Shown here: positions 29,747 to 38,718 of the stretch, one piece after another
Numbering within the stretch: the first letter of the stretch is position 1
Layout: the number at the start of each line of letters is the position of its first letter
From: a bacterium
Lineage (GTDB): Bacteria; Eisenbacteria; RBG-16-71-46
Assembly: GCA_043779265.1 (NCBI GenBank)
Contig: JAYWEM010000058.1
Coordinates: 2,362 to 66,361 of the forward strand
Direction: 5' to 3'
Length of the DNA stretch: 64,000 nucleotides
Made by a program: the position numbers and the translations under genes
The notes under the pieces: model-generated
Seen by the model: only the letters and a program-made list of their open reading frames with translations
The model's database searches: none
What the model was told of the DNA's origin: nothing

Positions 29747-31282
29747 TCAGCTCGTGACGCCGGCCGTCCGTTCCTGCTCGGAGAGCCCGTAGAGGGGCTG
29801 GAACTTGGCCCACAGATAAGCGAGGTAGGGCTCGACCGACATCGGCTTCCCGGTCGCTCGCACCACCACCTCCGTCGGCGTGAACTTGGAGCCGTGCTGG
29901 TAGAGGTTCGTCTTCAGCCAGCTGTGCAGCGTGCCGAACTCGCCCTGGGCGACCTGCTTGCGGATCTCCGGATGGGCGCTGACGGCGGCATCGAAGAACT
30001 GCGCGCTCAGGATGTTGCCCAGGGTGTACCCCTGGAACGCTCCTCCGATCGGACCGGAGAACCAGTGGACGTCCTGGAGCACGCCATTGCGGTCGTTCGG
30101 GACCGGGATGCCGAGGTCGGCCTCGAACCGCTCGCGCCACACGCGGGCGAGGTCCTTCACTTCGAGCGTGCCCTCGAGCAGGTCGAGCTCGAGACCGAAG
30201 CGCATCATCACGTGCAGGTTGTACGTGACCTCGTCCGAGTCGGTGCGGATCAGCGAGCGCTCCACCCGGTTGATCGCGCGATAGAACGTGTCGAGCGGCA
30301 CACTCGAGAGCGGGCCCGGGAACGTCTGCTGGAGCTGCGGGTAGAAGGCCTCCCAGAATGATCGGCTGCGCCCGATGAGGTTCTCCCACAAGCGCGACTG
30401 GCTCTCATGGACGCCCGAAGAGGTGCCGTGCGCGAGCGGCGACGCCTCGAACTCGCGACGAATGCCCATCTCGTAGACGGCATGACCGCACTCATGCAGC
30501 GTGGAGAACAGGGCGTCGGTGACATCGTCCTCGCGGACACGGGTCGTGATGCGGACATCCCCGAGCGAGAACTTGGTCATGAACGGATGAGGGGAGCGGT
30601 CCTGGCGGCCGCGTTCGAAGTCGAACCCGAAGCGCTCGATCACCGCCTTGCCGAACGCCAACTGCTGTTCGGCCGGGGCGTGCTGGCGAAGACACGAGTC
30701 ATCGGTGAGCGGACGGCTGGTGATGGCGCGCACGATCGGGACGAGTCGTTCGCGCAACTCACCGAACAGTGTCCGAACGGTGGCCACGGTCATTCCGGGA
30801 TCGGAGAAGTCGATCAGCGGGTCGGCCGGATGCGCGTGGCCCGGGAAGCAATCCGCCATCCGGCGCGACAGCACGAGGGTGTGTTCGAGCAGAGGGCGCA
30901 CGCGCTCGAAGTCGTCCGCGGGCCTCGCCACGGTCCAGACCTGATAGGTCTTGGCCGCGTGCACGTTGAGTTCCTCGACGAGCGAGGCGGGTAGCTTGAC
31001 CGATTGGTCGTAGTTGCGACGCGCAACGCGAACGAGCGCGGCATCGTCGTGGTCGGTCGCCAAGTCGGCGGTCTCTCGCTCGGCCTGCTCGAGCGCATGA
31101 CCTGTGGCGACATCCGTATGATGCTCATGCGCCAACCGGCTCAGCGTGGCGATCTGGCGGCCGCGGGCATCTGCGCCGCCCGATGGCATGTACGTGGTCT
31201 GATCCCAGCGCAGCAGGGAAGCAGCGCTCTCGAGATCGCTGACCACCCGAAGACGAGACTTGAGTTGCCCGAGCCCGTTCAT
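29747..31282 (-). CDS. M32 family carboxypeptidase (Taq-type)
   Basis: 'HECGHAVYE' HExxH motif, plus 'DRSPHPF', 'GVHESQSRLWEN' and 'IRTDSDEVTYNLH'. Confidence 0.9.
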   Translation of the reverse strand: MNGLGQLKSRLRVVSDLESAASLLRWDQTTYMPSGGADARGRQIATLSRLAHEHHTDVATGHALEQAERETADLATDHDDAALVRVARRNYDQSVKLPASLVEELNVHAAKTYQVWTVARPADDFERVRPLLEHTLVLSRRMADCFPGHAHPADPLIDFSDPGMTVATVRTLFGELRERLVPIVRAITSRPLTDDSCLRQHAPAEQQLAFGKAVIERFGFDFERGRQDRSPHPFMTKFSLGDVRITTRVREDDVTDALFSTLHECGHAVYEMGIRREFEASPLAHGTSSGVHESQSRLWENLIGRSRSFWEAFYPQLQQTFPGPLSSVPLDTFYRAINRVERSLIRTDSDEVTYNLHVMMRFGLELDLLEGTLEVKDLARVWRERFEADLGIPVPNDRNGVLQDVHWFSGPIGGAFQGYTLGNILSAQFFDAAVSAHPEIRKQVAQGEFGTLHSWLKTNLYQHGSKFTPTEVVVRATGKPMSVEPYLAYLWAKFQPLYGLSEQERTAGVTS

Positions 31283-31350
31283 GGCGCTCCTCCGAAGGTC
31301 CGAGGCCGATGGTGAACCGGCCGACTCTAACGGAAGTGCGCCCGCCGCGG

Positions 31351-32265
31351 CTACGTCAGGTGATTCACCAGGATCGGTTGATCGGGCACGACCACCGGGG
31401 TGGGCGCCGGGTCACCCGGGGTGGGCTGCGTCAGTGCGGCGCGGATCGCCTCGATGGCCTTGCCGGCATCGAATGCGGGAGCGCGCGATGCCAGTCGCTC
31501 GAGCATCTGGTCGAGCACGTGGGCCGCACGGGCCATCGACTTCGCGTGACTGCCACGATGATGGGAGTGGCGATCCTGCACCGAGCGTGGTTCCGCTTCG
31601 ACCGGCTCGGCAGCGATGGGTTCGACGGGAACGGGTTCGGCCAACGGACGCGGCGTGACGAGGCGTTCCGCGATTCCGGGCGTCACGGGCAACGTGGTCG
31701 GCTGGCCCTGGCGCGGAGTCGGTGCTGCGAACTCCTCACGCTCCCCGATCTCCTGCGTACGGCGCATCATCTGTGCGACCGTGACCGTCTGCTGCCGCTC
31801 GAACTCGACCGAGAAGGACTCGAGGGAGTCGAGATCGCCCCCGCCCGAGAGCAGCGAGCGTGCACCGGCATCGTCGCCCTGCTCGAAGCGACGGAAGCTG
31901 GTGGCGACGCGCTGGATCAGCGCCTCGAGATCGGCTCGTTCCTCGTCATCGAGCGTCCCCTCGATCTCGATCGAGAAGCTCTGCTGGCTCGAGGCCTCGA
32001 ACACCTGGATGCGCTGGCGCTCGGAACCCCCGGGGCCCCGCGCATGGCGGCGATAGTCCGTGTACGTCGCCGTCGACTCGCGATGTGCGCTCAGGGTGAC
32101 GACATCGCCATCGTCCGTGACCACACGCAGCGAGGCATCGCTCTGCTGCGAGGCAGTGGCGACGAGAAGGCGCTCGCTCTCGCGTCGGATACCGGACGCG
32201 CCTTCATTGCGATGGGCGAGCGGGGAGAAGCGCGAGACGCAGGACGTGCAATTGCCGATGCTCAT
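31351..32265 (-). CDS. hypothetical protein (acidic, with a Pro-rich 'PVPVEPIAAEPVEAEP' segment)
   Basis: Protein-like composition, and GGAGG lies 6 nt before the ATG. The competing plus-strand ORF 31309-32349 is R/G/A-rich. I recognise no motif. Confidence 0.5.
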   Translation of the reverse strand: MSIGNCTSCVSRFSPLAHRNEGASGIRRESERLLVATASQQSDASLRVVTDDGDVVTLSAHRESTATYTDYRRHARGPGGSERQRIQVFEASSQQSFSIEIEGTLDDEERADLEALIQRVATSFRRFEQGDDAGARSLLSGGGDLDSLESFSVEFERQQTVTVAQMMRRTQEIGEREEFAAPTPRQGQPTTLPVTPGIAERLVTPRPLAEPVPVEPIAAEPVEAEPRSVQDRHSHHRGSHAKSMARAAHVLDQMLERLASRAPAFDAGKAIEAIRAALTQPTPGDPAPTPVVVPDQPILVNHLT

Positions 32266-32271
32266 GGGAAG

Positions 32272-32298
32272 CCTCCATCCGTAGGTGACGGATGGGAG
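32272..32298 (-). promoter_or_regulatory. SD-sequestering hairpin in the 5' leader of the hypothetical gene
   Basis: On the minus strand, CUCCCAUCCGU-cacCU-ACGGAUGGAGG forms about 10 bp with one bulge. The 3' arm contains the GGAGG Shine-Dalgarno 6 nt from the ATG at 32265. Confidence 0.3.
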
Positions 32299-32370
32299 TC
32301 TCGGTCGCGCGACGATCTGCTTGAGGGGCAGCGAGGCCGAGCGAGGTGAACCGCCCGGCCTCGCGCGGCC

Positions 32371-32940
32371 TCAGGAGACTTCGATGACCATCGATTCCAG
32401 GGTCAGCGGTTCCTTCGGGCGTCCGGACTCACTGCCGGCCTGTTCGAGTGCGCTGAGCGCCTCGGTGCCGCTCTCGACCGCACCGAAGATGGTGTGCTTC
32501 CCATCCAGCCACGGCGTCGGAACGAAGGTCAGGAAGAACTGGCTCCCGTCTGTACCCGGGCCCGCGTTGGCCATCGAGAGCAATCCCGGGCGGTCGTGGC
32601 GAAGGCCGCCACCGAACTCGCCGTCGAAACGGTAACCCGGGCCGCCGGTGCCGGTGCCGAGCGGGCAACCACCCTGGGCCATGAATCCGGAGATGACGCG
32701 ATGGAAGGCGAGACCGTCGAAGAAGCCCACGCGTGCGAGGTACGCGAAGCTCCCCACATGCATCGGAGCGGTCTCCGGCGTGAGGCGCAGCGTGATCTCC
32801 CCCTTGGTGGTCTTCATGCGAGCGATCCACTTCTCACCCGGCGCGAACTCGAAGCGCGGCGGCTTGGGAAGCTGCGTGCGCCAAGTGGCCTTGTCGCGGT
32901 CGATTCCTGCGCTGGCGATGAAGTCATCGATCTTCTGCAT
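32371..32940 (-). CDS. ppiB: cyclophilin-type peptidyl-prolyl cis-trans isomerase
   Basis: Reads 'FHRVISGFMAQGGCP.GTGTGGPGY.F..EF...L.H.RPG.LSMANAGP.T.GSQFF'. The ATG at 32940 follows GGAG. Confidence 0.9.
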   Translation of the reverse strand: MQKIDDFIASAGIDRDKATWRTQLPKPPRFEFAPGEKWIARMKTTKGEITLRLTPETAPMHVGSFAYLARVGFFDGLAFHRVISGFMAQGGCPLGTGTGGPGYRFDGEFGGGLRHDRPGLLSMANAGPGTDGSQFFLTFVPTPWLDGKHTIFGAVESGTEALSALEQAGSESGRPKEPLTLESMVIEVS

Positions 32941-33155
32941 GGGTTCTCCGGGGGACATGGACGCCCAAGGCGTGGTTCAGAGCCGGCGCACCATATCGAG
33001 CCCGTTCTGCCTTCGCCAGCGGAAGTTGCGCCGAGACCGCCTCCTCTCGGTCGCGAACCTGAGTCCGTGCCCTCAAGGGAATCGGCCGACCGCCGAGAAT
33101 GAGCCCCGTGGGGACATATCGTCCCGACTACGCTTCGATCCCCTGGGGGGACGTG

Positions 33156-35357
33156 ATGGCTCCGGTATCGCAGGGTCAACACTGGTTAGTGGATATCGCA
33201 CGCCGCGCCGCGCTCATCGATGCCGAGACGCTCGATGTTCCGGCGGGCGCATCGTTGCCCGAGGTCTGGAAGCAGGTCGCGCAGCATTGCGGCGTCAGTG
33301 AGTCCGAGCTCGCAAAAGAGGCCGCGGATCTGCTGCGCCTGCCCGTGGCTCAGCTGGATTCCCGTGAACCGCACGTCCTGCGGTTCATCCCCGAGAAGAT
33401 CGCACGCCGCTTCCACGTCATTCCGCTGCGCGAGAATGATCGCCAGTTGGTGCTCGCGACCAGCGACCCGATCGACGATGAGGCCGAGAGCGGGCTTGCC
33501 TTCGCCTCCGGCCGCACTCCCATCTTCGAGCTGGCTCCTCCTTCCGCCATCGATGAGATGATCCAGCGCGCCTACTCACGCGCCGCGGCTCCGGCCCAGG
33601 CGGGGGCGGACGAGGCGGTGGGGCTCGTGCAGAGCACCAATGAGGCGCCCATCGGGGAGGACCCCGCGGACGAGGCCCCTGTGGTGCGACTCGTCCAGCT
33701 GATCCTGCGCAACGCGGCCCAGGAGCGCGCGAGTGATATCCACCTCGAGCCCGGTCCGGGCGGCGGCACGGTGCGATTCCGCGTCGATGGCGTGATGCGC
33801 GTTCACATGCGCATGCCGATGCTGGCCTTCTTGCGCTCGGTGTCTCGCATCAAGGTCCTCAGCGGGATGGACATCGCGGATCGTCTGCACCCCCAGGATG
33901 GCCGCGCCAGCTTCGAGCACGAAGGCAAGAGCATCGACCTGCGCATCTCGACGGTTCCGACGCGAGAAACCGAGAAGTGCGTCATCCGACTGCTGCGAGG
34001 CGGCAGCGCCGACAAACTCTCCAATCTCGACATCAGCGACGACGATCGCTCGACGCTGCAGCACCTGATCGGCCACCGGCACGGTGTCGTGATCGTCACG
34101 GGGCCGACCGGTTCGGGCAAGACCACGACGCTCTATGCGCTCATCCGAGAGCTCGACAACGGCGAGACCAACATCAGCACGGTCGAGGACCCGATCGAGT
34201 ACGAACTGCCCGGTATCACGCAGATGCAGGTCGAGACGAAGCGCGACTTCACGTTCGCGAGCGCGCTGCGAGCCATCCTGCGTCAGGATCCCGACGTCAT
34301 CCTGATCGGCGAGATCCGCGACCACGAGACCGCCGAGATCGCCGTGCAGGCGTCGATGACGGGCCACCTCGTGTTGACCACGCTGCACACCAACGACGCA
34401 GCGGGTGCGGTGGCCCGTCTGATCGACGTCGGTGTGGAGCGGCCGGCACTCGCCGCCACGCTGCGAGGCGTCGTCGCCCAGCGACTCGTTCGCCGGATCT
34501 GTCCGGATTGCCACATCAAGGTCACGGAACCCAACGCCGAAGAGCAGACCCTCGAGGCGCGCTACGGCGTCCGCCCCACAGTCCGGGCTGCGGGGTGCGA
34601 TCGCTGTGGTCAGAGTGGGTATCGAGGCCGCATGGCGGTCAACGAGATCCTCGTGATGCAGCCCGTGATCCAGGAGATGATCGCCAGTGGCGCCACCGCG
34701 CTCGATCTCCAGCGTGCCGCGCTCCAGGCGGGCATGACCACGCTGCGGCAGTCCGCGCTCAAGCGCGTGGCCGAGGGCACGACGACCCTTCAGGAAGTCG
34801 ATCGCGTGATCGGGGATACGATCGAGGAGGATCACTCGGTCGCGACCACTGCACCTGGGACATCCGTCCTGACTGCCACACCCGGCGCCTCCCCCGCGCC
34901 GATTCCGGCAGGAGGCTCGACTGCTCCGGCCGCGTCGGTCGTGCACACGCGTTCCGCTCCTGCCGGTGGCGGCGGTGCCGGTCGCGTCCTGGTGGTGGAG
35001 GATGACGCGGTCTGCCGACGTGTCGCGCGGCACCTGCTCGAACAGGCGGACTACGAAGTGGTGGACTGCGTGTCGGGAGAGGAAGCGCTGGGCCTGCTGT
35101 CGGTGGATGAGCAGATCGGCCTCGTGGTGCTGGACCTCGGACTGCCGGGCATGTCGGGTGGCGAGGTGCTGCGCCGCATCCGAGAATCGGTCACCACGTC
35201 GAGTCTCCCTGTGCTCGTGCTCACGGGCTCGCCCGATCCGGACCTCGAAGTGAGGCTCATGGAGGAAGGTGCGGACGACTACATCCGCAAGCCGCTCGAG
35301 CCCAAGCGCTTCGTGGCGCGGGTCAAAGCGGCACTCCGACGCGCTGCGGCAGCCTGA
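33156..35357 (+). CDS. GspE/PilB-family secretion ATPase fused to a C-terminal response-regulator receiver domain
   Basis: T2SSE_N-like N-terminus, Walker A 'GPTGSGKTT', a Walker B/His box region, and the tetracysteine 'CPDC...CDRCGQSGYRGR'. A P/A/S linker follows, then REC with 'RVLVVEDD...VVLDLGLPGMSG...GADDYIRKP'. Confidence 0.85.
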   Translation: MAPVSQGQHWLVDIARRAALIDAETLDVPAGASLPEVWKQVAQHCGVSESELAKEAADLLRLPVAQLDSREPHVLRFIPEKIARRFHVIPLRENDRQLVLATSDPIDDEAESGLAFASGRTPIFELAPPSAIDEMIQRAYSRAAAPAQAGADEAVGLVQSTNEAPIGEDPADEAPVVRLVQLILRNAAQERASDIHLEPGPGGGTVRFRVDGVMRVHMRMPMLAFLRSVSRIKVLSGMDIADRLHPQDGRASFEHEGKSIDLRISTVPTRETEKCVIRLLRGGSADKLSNLDISDDDRSTLQHLIGHRHGVVIVTGPTGSGKTTTLYALIRELDNGETNISTVEDPIEYELPGITQMQVETKRDFTFASALRAILRQDPDVILIGEIRDHETAEIAVQASMTGHLVLTTLHTNDAAGAVARLIDVGVERPALAATLRGVVAQRLVRRICPDCHIKVTEPNAEEQTLEARYGVRPTVRAAGCDRCGQSGYRGRMAVNEILVMQPVIQEMIASGATALDLQRAALQAGMTTLRQSALKRVAEGTTTLQEVDRVIGDTIEEDHSVATTAPGTSVLTATPGASPAPIPAGGSTAPAASVVHTRSAPAGGGGAGRVLVVEDDAVCRRVARHLLEQADYEVVDCVSGEEALGLLSVDEQIGLVVLDLGLPGMSGGEVLRRIRESVTTSSLPVLVLTGSPDPDLEVRLMEEGADDYIRKPLEPKRFVARVKAALRRAAAA

Positions 35358-35371
35358 GAGTCGCTCGCGCC

Positions 35372-36397
35372 TCAGTCCGCGCGGCGGCGAGCGCGTTCGA
35401 GTCCGAGTGCGACGATCCTCGTGAGGAGTGCGGCATAGTCGAGTCCGCCCGCTGAGGCGGCGCTCGCGAACTCCTCGGCGTCGGCGATCTCGGGATTGGG
35501 GTTCGCCTCGAGCAGGTGCAACGTCCCCTCGGGGCTCAGTCGGTAGTCGACGCGGGCGTAGCCGTCGAGTTCGAGCATGCGGTACACGCGCCTCGTCAGA
35601 TTCTGGATCTCGCGCTCGATCGCCGGCTCGAGCGCGGCGCGCCGGATGTCGATGCCGTGGCGTCTCTGATACGCCGTATCGTGCTTGACCCGCGCCGTGG
35701 CGATCGGTTCGCCGTGCTGGATGAGCTTGCCGAAGTCGAGTTCCCATGTCGGCAGCACCGTGATGCGTCCGTTTCCGAGAACGGCCACATAGAGTTCGCG
35801 CCCCTCGACGTACTCGTCGACCAGGGCGTCGGTCCCGATCGACTCATGGATGAACTGAACGCGCTCAGCGAGGCGCTCGTCACTGTCGACGAGACTCTTC
35901 TGCGCGATCCCGAGCGAGGACTCCTCGCTGGCGCTCTTCACGAACAGTGGGAATCGCAGCGCGCGCGGTCGCCTCGGCTTCTGCCCGCGCGGCACCACCA
36001 TGAACGCCGGCACGCGGACGCGGTGATAGGTCGCCAGCTTCTTGGTGATCGTCTTGCTGCGCGCGAGCATCAGGCCGCGCGGGTTGCACCCCGTGTAGGG
36101 CAGTCGCAGCAGCTCCAGGTAGCTCACGACATGGGCATCGAAGTCGCTGATGCCTTGGAATTCCTCGAGCAGGTTGAACACGATGTCGGGATGCCACTCC
36201 TCGGCGGCGAGCCGGATCGGATTCAGCTCGTCTTGCACACCCAGTGCGCGCACCTCGTGGCCGAGCGAACGCAGCGTGCTGACCACGTCGTACTCGGTCT
36301 TCGTGCGCGCGATCTCATCGGGTGTGAGTCCCTTGTGGGAGTCGGGGGGCACGAGCGTCGGGTGAAGCAGGACGAGCACCCGCAGCGGTCGCTTCAC
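35372..36397 (-). CDS. ATP-grasp ligase, D-alanine--D-alanine-ligase-like family
   Basis: Reads 'PYTGCNP...ARSK...PLFVKSASEESSLGI...VDEYVEGRELYVAVLGN...LEANPNPE'. Overlaps the upstream peptidase gene by 4 nt. Confidence 0.8.
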   Translation of the reverse strand: MKRPLRVLVLLHPTLVPPDSHKGLTPDEIARTKTEYDVVSTLRSLGHEVRALGVQDELNPIRLAAEEWHPDIVFNLLEEFQGISDFDAHVVSYLELLRLPYTGCNPRGLMLARSKTITKKLATYHRVRVPAFMVVPRGQKPRRPRALRFPLFVKSASEESSLGIAQKSLVDSDERLAERVQFIHESIGTDALVDEYVEGRELYVAVLGNGRITVLPTWELDFGKLIQHGEPIATARVKHDTAYQRRHGIDIRRAALEPAIEREIQNLTRRVYRMLELDGYARVDYRLSPEGTLHLLEANPNPEIADAEEFASAASAGGLDYAALLTRIVALGLERARRRAD

Positions 36398-37428
36398 AGC
36401 GCGACCCAGTTCCTGCGGCTGTAGTGGAAGTGCACCGTGCGCACGGTGAGCAGCAATGCGACATCCACGCTCAGCCGCTTCGTGTCACCGGAGACGCGCA
36501 GGTCGAGCATCTGGCAGCGTTCGGTGATGTCGTCGAGCACGCGCTCGAGGGCATACGGCGACTCACCGGTGAAGCGCGCCACCATGCGGCGCACCTCGCC
36601 CCGGTGGCGCCTGAGGAAACTCGCCGCGGGCGTGCCCTTGCGGCCGGGCTCGGCCGCGAACAGGCGCTGCAGGTCGCGATCCGGGATCGATGGCCGGTGC
36701 CGCGCGAAGTGCGCTTGCCGCGCCGCGTAGTGCTCGCGCAGTGTCGTGCGGAGCGAGGAGAGCGGCTCGATCTGGCGGCGCGAGCGGACCGTCGGCGTCT
36801 GACCCCGCAGTTCCTGCATGAGCCCCTCCACGTACTCGAGCTTCTTGAGTGCAGGCCAGTCGGCATAGCGGCGGCGCCACGGATGCCGCGGCGTGAGCCA
36901 GACGGCGAACGTCTCCGCGAAGTCCTCCTCGGGGTGCGCCTGTGCGTAGTACTGGCGCAGGTGCTGCACGTACTTCTGGCTCGCCGGATTCGGGCGGTAG
37001 ACCTCGGGGTAAGGGCGCGCCGCATTGCCGAACTGCCGCACCCACGCGGCACGACGATGCAGCCGCCACGCCTGCTGCGCGCAATGGCCGGCCTCGTGCC
37101 GCAGGATCATCATGCACTCCTCGGTCGTGCCCCCCTCGGCTTCCAACATCTGACTGCGCTCGAGGCGGAGTAGACGCGGGTGTGCGAGGTAGAAGGGCAC
37201 GGCGATGCCGGGAATGCCGTCGGGGGAGAACCATTCCGTCGAGAGCCACGCATGCGGGCGGAGTTTCAGGCCGCGCGCCTCGAGTTCGCCGTGCAGCGCA
37301 CGGACCGCGGTCTCGACCGCAGCGCCCTGCCCGGACAACCGCAGGTCGCAGAAGCGCAGATCGAGCAGGCGCTCATCGGGCCAAGCGGCCCAGCGCGGAG
37401 CCTTGCGGCGGCGAACGGAGACGGCCAT
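36394..37428 (-). CDS. putative zinc-binding metallopeptidase (HExxH)
   Basis: 'ILRHEAGHCAQQAW' HExxH motif and a downstream 'EDFAETFA'. This architecture is typical of the uncharacterised 'putative zinc-binding metallo-peptidase' family found next to ATP-grasp genes. Confidence 0.65.
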   Translation of the reverse strand: MAVSVRRRKAPRWAAWPDERLLDLRFCDLRLSGQGAAVETAVRALHGELEARGLKLRPHAWLSTEWFSPDGIPGIAVPFYLAHPRLLRLERSQMLEAEGGTTEECMMILRHEAGHCAQQAWRLHRRAAWVRQFGNAARPYPEVYRPNPASQKYVQHLRQYYAQAHPEEDFAETFAVWLTPRHPWRRRYADWPALKKLEYVEGLMQELRGQTPTVRSRRQIEPLSSLRTTLREHYAARQAHFARHRPSIPDRDLQRLFAAEPGRKGTPAASFLRRHRGEVRRMVARFTGESPYALERVLDDITERCQMLDLRVSGDTKRLSVDVALLLTVRTVHFHYSRRNWVAL

Positions 37429-37532
37429 GTCCCTCGGAAGCGATCGCGGGGTGGACCCGCGTGGGAGACGCGCCTAACCTGCGCGGCCCGGGAGTCACCC
37501 GGAGCATCGCAGGATGAGGAGGCATCTTACCC

Positions 37533-38366
37533 ATGAGTCGCCGCAAGGGAAGCCGGACCCCGGACCGTCACATGCTCTATGAAGTGGCGGTGCAGGGCCC
37601 GGACTGGGATCTGGACTTCATCGAGCGAATCGCCGAGCGGCACTCCGGGCGCGTTCCGCGCCGGTTCCGAGAGGACTTCTGCAGCACGGCCGCGCTCGCC
37701 ACCGCATGGGCGATGCGACATCCCGAGAATGAGGCCTGGGCCGTCGATCTCGATGCCGAGCCGCTGAGTTGGGCGAAGCGCCATCGGCTGCCCTATTCGA
37801 AGTCGGCAGCGGGTCGCGTCCACCTCGTGCGATCGGATGTCCGCCGACCCCAGCGCCCGCTCGCCGACGTCGCCTGTGCGCTCAACTTCTCGTGGTGGGT
37901 GTTCCACGCGCGGGCCGACCTCGTGGCCTACCTGCGGGCGGCGCGCGCCTCGCTGCGGCCCAAGGGGGCTCTCGTGATGAACATGTTCGGTGGCACGCGA
38001 GCCGAGCGGAAGCTCGTCGAGCGCACCCGCAAGGCCGCTGGCAACGGACCCGACGGCACGATGCACGAGGGGTTCACCTACATCTGGGATCAGGCTTCGT
38101 TCGACGCCGTCTCGCGCCGACTGCTGGCGTACATCCACTTCGAGATGCGCGACGACAAGCGCGTGCGGCGCGCGTTCACGTACGACTGGCGCATGTGGAC
38201 ATTGCCGGAGCTCCGTGAGTGCGCCGAGGAGGCTGGCTTCCGCGGGTTCGAGGTGTGGACCGAGGGGTGGGCGGCGGGCAAGCGAACGCACAACGGTGTG
38301 CTCTACCCTCGGATCACGCTTGACAATGACGACTGTTGGATCGCCTACGCGGTGCTCGTTCGTTGA
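37533..38366 (+). CDS. class I SAM-dependent methyltransferase-like protein
   Basis: Reads 'REDFCSTAALATAWA...AWAVDLD' (a degenerate motif I) then 'GALVMNMFGG'. Divergent from the peptidase/ATP-grasp operon. Confidence 0.6.
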   Translation: MSRRKGSRTPDRHMLYEVAVQGPDWDLDFIERIAERHSGRVPRRFREDFCSTAALATAWAMRHPENEAWAVDLDAEPLSWAKRHRLPYSKSAAGRVHLVRSDVRRPQRPLADVACALNFSWWVFHARADLVAYLRAARASLRPKGALVMNMFGGTRAERKLVERTRKAAGNGPDGTMHEGFTYIWDQASFDAVSRRLLAYIHFEMRDDKRVRRAFTYDWRMWTLPELRECAEEAGFRGFEVWTEGWAAGKRTHNGVLYPRITLDNDDCWIAYAVLVR

Positions 38367-38382
38367 TGCGCCAGGAGGCCCC

Positions 38383-38718
38383 ATGACCGATGCACTCCTC
38401 GTCTTCAGCACGTTCGCTGATGAAGCCTCCGCGGCCCGAGTGGCCCGAACGCTCGTCGAGGAGCGACTGATCGCCTGCGCCAACCTGCTGCCCGGCGCAC
38501 GCTCGATCTATCGCTGGAAGGAGGGCGTCGAGGAGGCGAGCGAGGTCGTGGTGCTGATGAAGACGCGCAAGCAGGATTGGACCGCCCTGCTCTCACGCTT
38601 GCATGAGCTGCACCCCTACGACACGCCGGAGTGCATCGCGGTGCGGTTCGCCGCCGGAGCGCCGAAGTACATGGCATGGCTCGACGAGGCGCTCGCGCCG
38701 GAGCCCGAGGGCCCATGA
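38383..38718 (+). CDS. cutA: divalent-cation tolerance protein CutA
   Basis: Reads 'LIACANLLPGARSIYRWKEGVEEASEVVVLMKT...LHPYDTPECI'. GGAGG SD upstream. Confidence 0.9.
   Translation: MTDALLVFSTFADEASAARVARTLVEERLIACANLLPGARSIYRWKEGVEEASEVVVLMKTRKQDWTALLSRLHELHPYDTPECIAVRFAAGAPKYMAWLDEALAPEPEGP

Noticed and set aside
31309-32349. Plus-strand 346-aa ORF competing with the minus-strand hypothetical gene.
   Set aside because: It is Arg/Gly/Ala-rich, with no SD and no motif. The minus-strand frame has a GGAGG-ATG start and a more natural residue mix. This remains the least certain strand call in the window.
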